Positions 14,786-26,200 of a DNA stretch of 64,000 nt are shown here, piece by piece. The stretch covers positions 1,622,240 through 1,686,239 of the forward strand of contig NW_019091358.1 of assembly GCF_001949145.1 (NCBI RefSeq). The letters run 5' to 3'. The stretch comes from Acanthaster planci (Eukaryota). Position 1 is the stretch's first letter. Every line of letters begins with the position of its first letter. The position numbers and the translations under genes are program-made. Below the pieces are notes generated by a model. The model was not told the origin of the DNA. It saw only the letters and a list, made by a program, of their open reading frames with translations, and ran no database searches.

Positions 14786-15004
14786 CAAGGACGGATCCAC
14801 AACCAAATATTCGGGAGGCCATGCTTGTTTTCGAGGGGGGGGGCAAAACTTTTGAGTTTTACATGTATTCTTTGATGGCCTTTAGCGGTCGAGGCTATTA
14901 AGGCTTTACACAAGCTTGTTGAAGGAAGGATATAAAATTATGTTTAAAAAAGTTCCTTTTGGGGGGTAGGGCTTGGATTCGTTGGTCCCCTAGATCTGCC
15001 CTTG
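14786..15004. mobile_element. Short MITE-like element with CAAGG.C.GATC inverted ends and G-runs
   Basis: caaggacggatcca ... tagatctgcccttg. Confidence 0.5.
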
Positions 15005-17069
15005 TTTGTCAGCGAACATTTTGACACAAATGCCAAGGGGAATATTTCTAGCCTGTTTCTGGCAAACGGCCAACACTTTATGTGCAACTACTTATACAAA
15101 CGTTCCTTTGCCCTTTCACCGTGAATTCCCCTGTAATCAGTTCATTTTGTGAAACTTCTGATTTCATTCAATTTCTGGATAAATGATTTCTTTAGAAATC
15201 AACAGGTGTCTTAGATAACATTTTTTTACTTGCCAATGGCTGCTTTTTCTGCCGATAGAATCAAACTTACGGTTTATTTTTCATTATAGAGTTAAATAAA
15301 TTATACGTCTTAATTGTCTTTCCCATTACTCTTTTATCTGTATCTCAGTAAAGAAAGAATTATGTTATCACTGTTGTTTACTGAAGGGGTTCAGGGATTC
15401 GCTCCTATTACTGCCTTTACACAGCACGGCGATACGCTAATCCCTTTCTGCAATAATGTTACTGTGAAGGAAGCACAGACGTCACGCAGCATTGTGGGTT
15501 AGCTTCTGCTTTATTTTTAATAAGTGCTCAGATATACAGGCACACCAGCCACACGAATATAGGTATATAGAAGAGTTCAACCGCGTAATTTCACAAAATA
15601 AATATCATAAAAGGGCACGAGTAAATTGCTACAAGTGTGGTGAAAAAGTCAGGCCATCTCAGCCGATGAGAGTTTACATTAGAGGTACTGGTGGAGTAGG
15701 GTACGTTTCTCCACTCTACTCCATCATGTTTTAGTAGGCCTAATGTACAAGCCCTGATTATGTCAAATTTCGATATAACCATGTTCCTCATACCTCAGAT
15801 AATGTTTCTCTCCGTTATAACAAATTTTAACGTCGTGCGCTCCATCATGTTGGTAGTTTTTCTGCTGGGAAAATGCAAAAACGGACGGACAGTCTCTAGA
15901 GCAAAAATATATCAAACGCATTAACCCGTGGTCGACCCCATCAGGCGTGCAGAAATTCAGGTTTTTACCATAACCCAGATTTTTGTGATTTTTTCCTATT
16001 GAATTACGGCATTCAGTGGCAGGCAGCCGTGTTGGTAGTGAAGCTAGTTTGCTTTTCATTTTGTTGAAAGGGGAAAATGACTGAGGGGCCCCGATCATTG
16101 AAACTTTTTTTATGTGTTTTATTCGGATTGTGTGCCAACCGGACAGCAAAGTAGTAAAAAGACCCAAGAGTAATCCAGTTTCACAGATGTTCTTGCCATG
16201 CTGGTCCAGAAATTGACTTCCCTGGTTCTTGTGTCAGAGAGGATAATTGGCTGCACAGCGTCTGAGCCACTGCCACTGTAGCTCATTCTGTCGTACAAAG
16301 TTCATCACAGATTTACGTTAATTCGTGGAATTGACATAGAATTATACTGCACCACCATGTCATGAAACAAACATCTTATTTTTACAAGCAGGCTTTCTAT
16401 TGACTCAGATAATTCTGCCAAGCATGTATCGAGTCGATTTACTTGTGTCCATCATACGCGACTAGTAAACCTTGCGGCTTGCCGAACAGAATAGGTCTGA
16501 CCGACAATCAAGAAGTTGAGACTCGTGTTAAATTAATGAAGATTTGTCTAACAATCATTTATTCGATTGAAATTCAGGTCTGAATATATCAGCATCATGG
16601 TTTTCACTTGATAGTGTTTTACAACTAACTATCGAGTAACTCAGGCTATTGTTCAGTAACTGAAATTTTTCGTATAGTGATAGAGGGTCCAACAATTGCC
16701 AAAGTGACGCTGCAGACACGAACTTGAGTAGTGACGTTAGCAACGTTGGCGTCATGAGGGTGGGGGCGTTTCCCCCTTTAAAAACGAAAAATAAAAAGAA
16801 GGAAAATAAAACTGACACAAATAAATGAAAAGGGTTAAAAGTCACCAATTTGCTTGATAAAAAACCTCGTAATTGGCCCCCTTCCACTGTTACGAGTGTT
16901 AACCGATGATGAGAGTGCCGATGATGAAATCCCCTATCCTCAAAGAGTGCTTTGCCATCCCTCTGGCTGTGTCCATGATCAGGAGCAAAATATTTAGGAG
17001 GACACACAAACAATATTCCCACCAATTCAAATTTACAGTGGACTTTCTTTCTCTTCTCTTACTGCACAG

Positions 17070-17203
17070 AAACGGGGCCTGAGCAGACCGCCCGTTCTTT
17101 CCTACTGGGGCAACTGGGGTTCATGGTCGGCCTGCTCAAGGACGTGTGGGGGAGGGGTGGCCGCACAGAGCAGGGTCTGTTTGATGAGGAGCAGAGGCGA
17201 AGG
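17070..17203 (+). CDS. THSD4: THSD4-like exon 2: N-terminal half of TSP1 repeat KRGLSRPPVLSYWGNWGSWSACSRTCGGGVAAQSRVCLMRSRGE(G)
   Basis: Long polypyrimidine tract plus cag acceptor ending at 17069. Carries the WxxWxxWSxCSRTCGGG TSP1 signature. Donor gtaaga at 17204. Phase 0 in, phase 2 out. Confidence 0.95.
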
Positions 17204-19190
17204 GTAAGATGTGTTGGGGGAAAACGGGGACGGTGTACACCGCAGTAGCCGAATCGTCAGGCGATACCTCACACAAATGATTATTTATTTTTATTTGCAA
17301 TGGAACGTCAGACTTTTGTCAGATCTGAAAATTCACGTGAGATATCCTGTGATCATAAACACTCTTTTACGTGAATACATAGGCCCTCTATTAAAAAAAA
17401 TCGAATAGAGTAATTTGAGAACAATTCTGTGAACACTTTTGAAAAGACAAGACACGAATACAGCCTTGCCGTGTTAGTTTTGTGTTGCTGATAATTTTAA
17501 TGATTGTTAAAAATGACGATGTGTCATTCAATCTCAAAGGGACTGGACAACGATGAGATAAAGGGATGACAGCGTTTGACATTTGTCATGATGGTGATGG
17601 TGATTATGGTGACAAAAGGCAGGTTAAGTTTTACCAAAAGGCTCAACAGCCCCCTCCCCATGCCGCCCACAATCGCTCAACAGGTTTTATCAACAGTTTG
17701 GCTTTGCAGCTTCACACTCTCTAAAACCCCTTGGAAATTTTACTTAATCCAGGAATTGCCGATTGATTTACCTACCTCTCCTTGGCTGATATCAAACCCG
17801 GGTTTGATCAACTCTGGAGACTAGATAAGCCTCGCGGGAGACGTCGAAAATGTCAAGGAAACTAAAAGATGTGGCACCTTTAGCTGAAGACCCTATATGC
17901 ATTCCTTTTTCTGTATCTGATACACCTTTCCTTCGACACCTGTTGCAACTTCCAACTGCAAAATGAAAGTAGAGGAGAAAACACCGCCAGAAAGAGGAAG
18001 ATGTACGGAACGATTGCACTTTTTCACTAATGCATTGAAACATCAACGAATGTATTTTTCATGTTGATACACTATTTTTAGATTGTTATTGACTCTTATG
18101 AGGTCGTCCGGCGAACATTCGGCTCTTTACACTGGTATTTGTATAAAGAAGAAAAAGTTCATAGTCTCCACTGCTATTGGTTTGTATGGATTTCGAGAGG
18201 GACATGATTGGAGCTGCCACGTAATTTCTTGATGTATCGTATTGTTTGAGAGGCTTCTTGCTGTGCACCCTCGCCGCCTTCTTGATTCGTTGTACCTAAC
18301 AGTGGATCAAGCCTTTTGTTGCACATCCACCGTTCTAAACGGTGCTTACCTCTGTCGTTTTTGATGGAGAACCCTTTTTAAGTGCTCTCAAAGTGATTCC
18401 CCTTGCAAACGAGACTAAACTCGGCTCACTCCATTGGAAATCTGCATTAGTGGTACGATTGCGTGGGCCTGTTTAATGGACGAGCGACCTACTTCAAGTG
18501 TAATTCCACTTCACCCAGAACGGAAGAATCTGAGTGGCACCGAACATGGGTCAGAACTCTGCCGAATAACTCAAAGCATATGGCGCCTTTCGGATGTGTG
18601 CTTAATGGTACATTTAGTCGACGGAATGGCTTGGAGGAGCTGAAGTGATATCGATTTTCAAAGCGTTTTCAGCGTTGACGGATGATTTCCACAATGGAAA
18701 CCACGGCGAGATTTAAATGACGACAGAGTGCTGCGTAGCAACCTATTGATGTTGTAACTGAATCTTTGCTCCAGAGCCGTCCTACGTGTATTTTCTTTTC
18801 TTTTTTAAGCGTATGATAACGGTTACCGTTTCTTTCTGCATACCGGGCTGTGTACCGGGCTGCGACAAGATGGTTTAAGGAACACAAGCTTATTGTGTCT
18901 TTGTCAATATTGTAGACCAGGTTGGTGTGTCCCATTCTGAACACTATTTAGACACGGTATCTGCACATTCCTTTGGACGGGGAGTATTGAAAAAAAAATT
19001 GAACAATCTTTTAGAAAGATGCTCAGTTTGCCCCTCCCTCGGAATCCAATTTCAGTGTGGATACACCACTGCCATGACACTTATAGCAAGGACATGGAGT
19101 GTTTCACTTCGCTTTGGAACTCAAGCCACGCATGTTCGATCACACTCTAGGTGATGCCTGCATTGCCATGTCGCACCTTACTTGTTGCAG

Positions 19191-19241
19191 CAAATATCGA
19201 GAGGGACAACTCGTCCACACACAACAACAGCATCTAACTGA
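19191..19241 (+). CDS. THSD4: THSD4-like exon 3 (51 nt, symmetric phase 2-2): (G)KYREGQLVHTQQQHLT(E), part of the insert splitting TSP1
   Basis: Acceptor cttacttgttgcag and donor gtaagt at 19242. Open in the required frame and phase-compatible with both neighbours. There is no conserved motif, so support is splice signals and phase only. Confidence 0.7.
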   Translation, partial: QISRGTTRPHTTTASN

Positions 19242-19579
19242 GTAAGTTCCCATCAAAAGTGCCGAACTGAAATGGACCGGCCGAACGTACGGCCTCAGGC
19301 GAAATGGGCGCGGCATGTTTACTTATCTCGCGGATAGCTCAATACTCAACCTGCTTCCTAGGCTTTGTATCTCCACCACTGTCCAGCAGTGTCATCCGTC
19401 TTCCATCGTTTGCCCTTTTAATGGCTTTACCGCGTAATCTCTCCCTTTCACCCCTCCTAGGCGAATCACGTAATACCTCTTGGCCTTTCCTAGTCACTCC
19501 CAAGCCAGACATCTCTACTCGCCCGTTCTTCCCCTTTTAGACATTCTGTCACCAACCCTACCTTCATGTCACGCCCGAT

Positions 19580-20038
19580 CAGTGGCGTAATTTGTGGTGG
19601 AGATTGAGGGATGGTGATTTGGCGGTGGTGGGGGGGGGGGTGACTTGCCCCTGGCCATGGAATTCAAAAAGAACGGCGGGGGGGGGGGGAGCGGNGGGGG
19701 GGGGTGACTTGCCCCTGGCCATGGAATTCAAAAAGAACGGCGGGGAGGGGAGCACTGGCACTATAGGGGGGCGATGTTTATGATATAGATGTATATCTGT
19801 AATATGTATTACATTTATGCTGAATCTTACATTAGAATGGCATAAGGGCTGTTTTTGTTTTCTCTCTTTTTTTTTTAGTGCTATTGAATACATTGCACTT
19901 GTTTGGAAGTCCGACAATTTCTCCACGATCCCCTTTACGGTTTTGCTCACCACAAAAAGTGGCAAGGCGATTCAATAGCCCCCCCCCGCAGAAGTGTGGG
20001 GGTATAGTTATACCCCACCCCCCAGATTTACGCCCATG
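19580..20038. mobile_element. G/C-run-rich MITE-like element (CAGTGGCGTAAT ... ATTTACGCCCATG)
   Basis: Imperfect inverted termini and poly-G/poly-C tracts. Contains an internal ~63-bp duplication around an N base. Confidence 0.5.
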
Positions 20039-21409
20039 CGCTCTATACTCTCAGCACAGCTCACGCAGGTTCCATGACGTCCAGGCATGGCATGTCAATT
20101 AAGTCGGAAGGGTTTAATACCCTCAACTCGACGTGTCGGTGTGTCCGATTCGGAAAGGATATTGCTTTAATTGTAATTTGCCACCCATGTGTGAACCTTA
20201 ACCAAGCTCTCTCAAAGCCAACGTTAATCCACAAAATTTCCCAAGAGCAAATCGTGGCATGCACAGGACATGAGGCTTATCACTCCAGTGAGCATTCGTG
20301 CTTGGGCCCTAAGAGACCACACCATAAAATTATTTTACCACAGCCCCAAAAAGTGCATTTGGGGGCTTCAATTAGCCTTTTTTAATTTGTGTTTTGATAT
20401 TTCGAGTCAGTATTTTGGAGCCTCATTGGTTTTATGCTAATGAAAATGTCCGTTTTCACAAGCAAACTGCGATTTCATCCTAGGCGCTAAATCCCAATGT
20501 TATACTGATTTGTGCCAAAAAAAGGCTGGCATATCTTTGGTAGTTAATTGTTGTGGGCAAACTTATGTCGGAAATGTTTTAAAAAGGTGAATTTGAGATT
20601 CATATTCTGATCGAAAACATGTAAACTGAATAGGGTCTTCCCTGATTACATACAGCGCCCTCTCTTGCCCGGAAAAGCTTTGCCAATTTAAAGTGTTTCA
20701 AAAGTGCTGTTTTCAATACAATCAACCCCTAAAGAATTTCAAAAAGTTTTCGTATATTGAAAAACAAAAATCAAGATGTACAAAGAGTCCTCAAAAAATT
20801 CATTGGATGAATGTTCAATGTGACGATGTCGTATCCTTATACTGGGATATGACATTGTCACATTGAGAATATTAGTACATAATCAGTATATCCCATAAGA
20901 ACATCCATAAATTAGGTCCAAGGACATGTAATACATTTCAGTCACTATTAAGTGTATATATGTTATTGCTGTTCTATTCTGTTTTCAGATGACATATTAG
21001 ACAGCATCCGAACTGAGATGTTTTGAAAGAGTGCGTAACTCCACAGGCCAATTATGTTTTCAAATTAATTATTATGGCAAGGTATCGAATCTTAAAATCC
21101 TGACCCTGAGGTCGGCAAGTGTGAATAATATGGTATAAATATGACAGTGTGTGGTGGGATGTGCCCTGCTGAAAGCGTGAACTCAATTGCAGGCTGGCAC
21201 TTGTTTTGAAATTTCCGTCTTACATCTGCGCCGTTATTCAAGCCTTCTTCGGCCGCCGACGCTTTAGGCATCGTTCTTAGCCCCCATTGTCTTCAGACCT
21301 CTCAACCCAACAAGCTTTTATTTCAGTGTTGCTGTTTATACCGACCGAGACCCTCTCCCCAACATTAGTGCAATGATCAACGAGAGAGGGGGTCTCGACG
21401 CCTATTGGT

Positions 21410-23060
21410 CTTAGCTTAGCTCAGCACAGACCATTGACTCTTCTCAGAGTGGTCGGGGGCCTGAGGGCAGAAGAAGGGGATTGCCTCCATACTTTCCTGT
21501 TGGCAGCTGATGGCAGCAGCTCTGGCATGGTCAGGTTTGGCCAGTCTTTGTTACGAACTCGTCCTATCCTTTGCCATCCTCCTATTCGCCAGCCTTCGAC
21601 CGCTCTTTGCAAGATGGTTTTTGACAGGCTGCCGTGCTGCGTGTGGTGTCCGAACCATGCCAGCTTGCGTCGTTGATGGTAGCGAGGTCGTTCCTGGTGG
21701 CCCAATGGGTCTTTGACAGTGTTCATTTGTTGGTTTTAGGTTCGTTGTAGGAGATACCAAGCCATCCTCCGTGACTTACTTGGACAGAAAGGTCTGAGTT
21801 CTTCTTTCCGTCTCTTTTTAGAGTGTCCATGTCTCACACCCATAAATAGAGTAGAGTAGATACTATAAAGGTATCGTACAGTTTGAATTTGACTGGGGAG
21901 CTGGTGTTGCTCCGCCATATGCTGTTGAGTCTGGTCATCGCCGTGGTAGCTGGAGTGATCCTGTGGCTGGTTTCTGCTGTGCATATGCCACCTTTCGACA
22001 GGATTTTAAAGCTCGAGATCTCAAGAGGAGCTCCTTTCATGGTGATGTTGGCGTCGGTTTTCTTGGGCTATTTACCATAGTCTTTGACTTTTCAGAGCTT
22101 ATTTCAGTGCAAGAAAGAGCGCTGGCTCTTGAGTCCAGTCTGTTGGTGAGGTCTTGCAGCTCATTGTTAATTCCGCCCGTTAAATCAATGTCATCTGCGA
22201 AACATAGGTTGCAGACGGACCTGCCACCGATGGAGACAGAAGTGTGGTGATTGTCAAGGGTCTCCAATGATTTTGGGAAGAACTACCCCATCCTGCCGTT
22301 CAGAAAGACAGCACTGATTGAGTGTACATAGAGGGCCTGGATAATTTGAACGAATCCTTCATCGATGTTGAATCCACTGAGGAATTTCCAGAGGCCTCTG
22401 TGCCAATTGCAAAACTGTGTCAAAATTGGGGAACAACTCCTTCTGATAGTGTAGATCTTTTCCAATGAGGACCGTATTCCACTGTGCTCTGCCCTGCTCA
22501 AAATCCTGTTTGTTCTTCTGATACAAGTTCCTCAGCCTTGGATTTCAGTCGGTTGAGGATGACTCAGAGTATGACTTTACTTGGGTTGCTGCAATAAACT
22601 GATGGTCCTGTAGTTTTGGCATTTCTTTAGGTTGCCCTTTTTGGTAGTGGAATCACCAACGAGTGTATTTAATCCTTTGGCCATTTCTTCTGCTCCCAGA
22701 TTTCTTGACAAAGTTTTGCGAGGGCTTACATGTATATGGTTTTCTCCCTCTGTTTTTTGATCGATTCGTCTGGCACATTGTCCATGCCAAGTGATTTGCC
22801 TGTTTTCAAGCTTTTAACTGCTGTTTCAACCTCCTCCTTTAGAATTTGTAGATTGCCTTCAATTTCTGTGGGGGCGTGGTCAGTTTGGAGGATGGCAGTA
22901 TCTAGGTGGAGGTCGTTTTACAGGCTGTTGCAATATTCTGTCCATCTCTTCATCACCTCTTCGTTGTCTGTTAATAGGTAACCATGTTGCCCACTGTGAC
23001 GGTTGATCTTGGCTGACAGGATCTGTGAGGGCCTTGACAGTGTTATAAGATTCCAGCCAT
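21410..23060 (-). mobile_element. Decayed, 5'-truncated RTE-clade non-LTR retrotransposon (reverse transcriptase fragments)
   Basis: Minus-strand fragments: EEVMKRWTEYC, ILKEEVETAVKSLKTGKSLGMDNVP, SIGGRSVCNLCFADDIDL...ELQDLTNRL...ISSEKSKTM, and RRKLAWFGH...LSKTILQ.AVEG. Many stops, frameshifts and internal deletions. 3' tail of short GCTGA/GCTAA repeats near 21410-21430. Confidence 0.9.
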
Positions 23061-23903
23061 TAGTCGTAGTCACCATCAAATAATTTCACCTTGTCCACTC
23101 TACATAAAAAGGAGCTTTCCCCTTGGCAAAAGAGTGTGTTTCACGCAATTCCCTCTCTTTGACTCTGTCACTGGTCAAAGCTTTCTGAAATTGCCCTGTC
23201 TCGAAGTTGAAATTCAAGAATTCACCGATTTCTCTGATAACGGGGAATTCAAACAAGTTGAGTTTATTGGAGGTTCATTAAGCAACTGCTGATAACCTGG
23301 AGCTTGCCGGCACACTGTGTATTCAATAACGACTTTAGGACGGGATCAATTATATGCTATCATGCCGAAATCTAAAACTTCGCCACTTCTCACTTCACTC
23401 TTTGTCGTCACTTTGCCAAGAAATTCGGTGCGTCAGTGGGGGCGTCCTTCACTATTCACATAATTCACCCACAGAAATCATAAGTCGAATTACTGACGGA
23501 CCATTAAATGGTCCGTGAATTACTAGAGGTGAAATTGCTGCGTTATGCACGAACAATTTGGAACCTCGCGGACGCCAACGAGTACGTATGAAACATTGAT
23601 CTCTATTTGTCTTTCTAATGGAGATCAATTGTATGAAACGCACACAAGCGCATGAGACGTGATGAGACGTGTGGAAGACATCATAATGAGTGCTCACATG
23701 TGTCCATGGTTTCCGTTCGAGCAGAGGCACCCCCTCATCGGTTAAAAAGAGCCGCGTTGGTCGCGAGTGGTCATTTTGTTGGTAGCGATGAGACCGTGAC
23801 GAGTGCATTTCCAAGTCGTTCGTGAACCAGCGAAGTTCAGTTCTGACCAAAGGAGCCTCCGTTGCTAAGAAACTAGCACCCTCTCTTGGTCCAGCTCGAG
23901 GCC

Positions 23904-24530
23904 CATTCGACAACCAGAGTTAGAAGCCTTACTGCGGTGGTGCAACGCTCATGGACGGGGCGCACGCGTACGCGTTACATTCTTCTTCAACGTATAGGGT
24001 AATGTGATGTGCCAAATGCACGCGCGTTTCAAGCCGAGGAATGTGCATGTGAGTGCGGTGCTGCCACAATTCGTCACCAACACCACGAATTGACACACAT
24101 CTTCACTTTTGTGCCAGTTCGTGAAACCAGCAGTTTTGGTTTCACAAAGTGACACAAATGTGTGCACGCGCATACTGCACACTTTTGCATTATCGAACAA
24201 TCTCCCTTTCACGAAGAATCACAAATGTGTGTTTTGTCAATATAGCATAAGAAAAAAGCTTTAAATGTCTTAAAGGATTTTATTTTACCCATAAATGGGT
24301 TACTAAACTGAAAAAATGCTCTTAAAACTTGTAACTGTGTAAATTAAGGAGAACGTCAATTTCTGAATACGGTAAATCACGGAGCACTTGACGCAAGACA
24401 TTTGTGCCTCTTCATGAAAACGAAAATATCACATTTCTATAAAATACGCGTTGAAGCGCACACATCTATAGATTTGTGTTACTTCGTGGTGTTGGTGACG
24501 AATTATGCCGTCTAATCGGATTAGTCTATA
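23904..24530 (+). repeat. Short dispersed repeat (host MITE) split by the 24072-24500 insertion
   Basis: 23904-24071 plus 24505-24530 align with the reverse complement of 35308-35500 (cattcgac.accaga.ttagaagcctt..ctgcggtgg ... gccaaatgca.gcgcg ... gagtgcggtg ... cgtctaatcggattagt.tata). Confidence 0.8.
24072..24500. mobile_element. MITE with perfect 18-bp TIR CGTCACCAACACCACGAA and AATT target duplication (Sola1-like)
   Basis: AATT|CGTCACCAACACCACGAA ... TTCGTGGTGTTGGTGACG|AATT. It interrupts a repeat whose uninterrupted copy is at ~35308-35500. Confidence 0.85.
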
Positions 24531-25220
24531 CGGGACACAGACGCACTACGCGGCCCAGGCTTGATAACGAATTTATCTTCAAGCAAACATTACGTGCAGC
24601 AAAGATGTTATAAGAGCATATACAAGCAAATGCGCCACCTTTGAATTTACAGTAAATAATGCAGTTGTGCGTTTTGCTTTGAGCGTAAAGATAGCGCATT
24701 GCGTTGAGTTAGAGTAGCGCATTACGCAGGGTTTGACATGGACCGTGCAAGCCACTTATATGTCACACTGTTTGTTGCCATGGATCGACCAATCAGAATT
24801 GAGAATTCAAGTTTGCTGGAAGATAAAATAGACAGCACTGCGTACAACGTTCTCCCCTCGCACGCTCCCTGACCCACTCTACCACTTTCTGTTACGTTTG
24901 TACTTATGCATCTCCAGATGTAGATAATATATTTTTCACTTCGAAATACTTTATCAAAATACATTTAATCAAACATGACTTGCGGCATTCCTGTTGCCTA
25001 TATACGTACATTACCTCAAGACAACTGAAAAATAGTTGTGGTGTTGACAAACGCACGATATCTTCCAAACAGATATTATAGGAGAAATAACCAATTTGAA
25101 ACAAACTAAACCTCGATGGCAAGGCCCTGGTTCTACATTTAAGTTAGTTCATTGATATTTCACCGAAATTGAATCATGTCAAAAAGAAGTCATTTGTACT
25201 TTTTTTTTCTCTCTTTACAG

Positions 25221-25287
25221 GGGGAAGTTAAGAGAAAGCACACACTGTGTGGGCCTTTACAAGCAATATAAACTGTGCAATTCGGAG
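25221..25287 (+). CDS. THSD4: THSD4-like exon 4: (E)GKLRESTHCVGLYKQYKLCNSE, C-terminal half of TSP1
   Basis: Acceptor ttttttttctctctttacag and donor gtacgt at 25288. Phase 2 in, 0 out. CxGxYxQYKLCN motif as I recall it from THSD4. Confidence 0.92.
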
Positions 25288-25744
25288 GTACGTCTAAAGG
25301 TTTACTTGCAATAAAACCAAAACAGGTGCGGCGATTTGAAATACAAATCCAATGTAGATCTAGGGGTTTTTGTAATCTGATTTTAGCATTGCCACACATT
25401 TTGTAACTTTTCATTTTCTTAGTATATTAATGTCTTTTTCCGCATTTTATCATTTGTTTGGCTTTAGGCACGTATTACGTTGATATACCCTCCAAAATGT
25501 CTGTTACTAATGATTTAACATAATAATAAAGTATAAAATAGCTCCTCCAACGAGAAAGGACGATCCGTACTAGTACGTTTTAAAGTGTAACATTTAGGAT
25601 GAGTTGCCTTAACACAATGGCGAAAACATCAATAACTTGAACAACGGCGAGATGTCATTTAAAGCTTAAAGTTTGTGCCAGCCATATCATAATCCACGTT
25701 TTGTTTTACACTTTGTTTTACTGTGATACCTTGTTTCTTACCAG

Positions 25745-25844
25745 CCATGTCCAGAAGACAAAGACTTCAGGCAGGAACAATGTGAAAGGTACAACGACGT
25801 TCCATTTATGGGAAAGCTTTATCAGTGGAAGACAATTGAAAAAG
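25745..25844 (+). CDS. THSD4: THSD4-like exon 5: PCPEDKDFRQEQCERYNDVPFMGKLYQWKTIEK(E), start of ADAMTS Cys-rich module
   Basis: Acceptor ttgtttcttaccag and donor gtaaaa at 25845. Phase 0 in, 1 out. CP...DFRxEQC..YN..PFMG..Y.W signature. Confidence 0.95.
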
Positions 25845-26200
25845 GTAAAAAAAAATCTTGTAAATGTATATTCCTCCTTTTTACAATCATCCAAACGGCC
25901 ATCCAAAATTTCAAAATTCACAAATAAAAAAGAATGCAAATTTGTTTTAAATGCTTATATACTGAAAAAGTATTTAAATTTCAAGACTGCAAAGGTTTTC
26001 ATTTTCACTTTTCATTTGCTGGAGTCTAACCACCTCTCTGGTATTAAAGGTCCTGGGTACGTTCTTTCATTTTTTTTACTTTGTTTTAAAACGAAAAACG
26101 AAAATTGGAAAACGCTCATTTTTTGTTTTTCAATTTGAAAAAGAAATAAAGCCGAAAAAGATGTAGTTCCTCGTTTTTTCATTCGAAAATGAAAAACGTA

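Noticed and set aside
19631..19752. ~63-bp tandem duplication of ggtgacttgcccctggccatggaattcaaaaagaacggcgggg
   Set aside because: The copies flank an N within poly-G runs, so this is likely an assembly overlap artefact rather than biology.
20989..21081. Strong acceptor gttttcag and donor-like gtatcg suggesting an exon in the TSP1 insert
   Set aside because: There is an immediate stop in the required phase-2 frame, and stops in the other frames.
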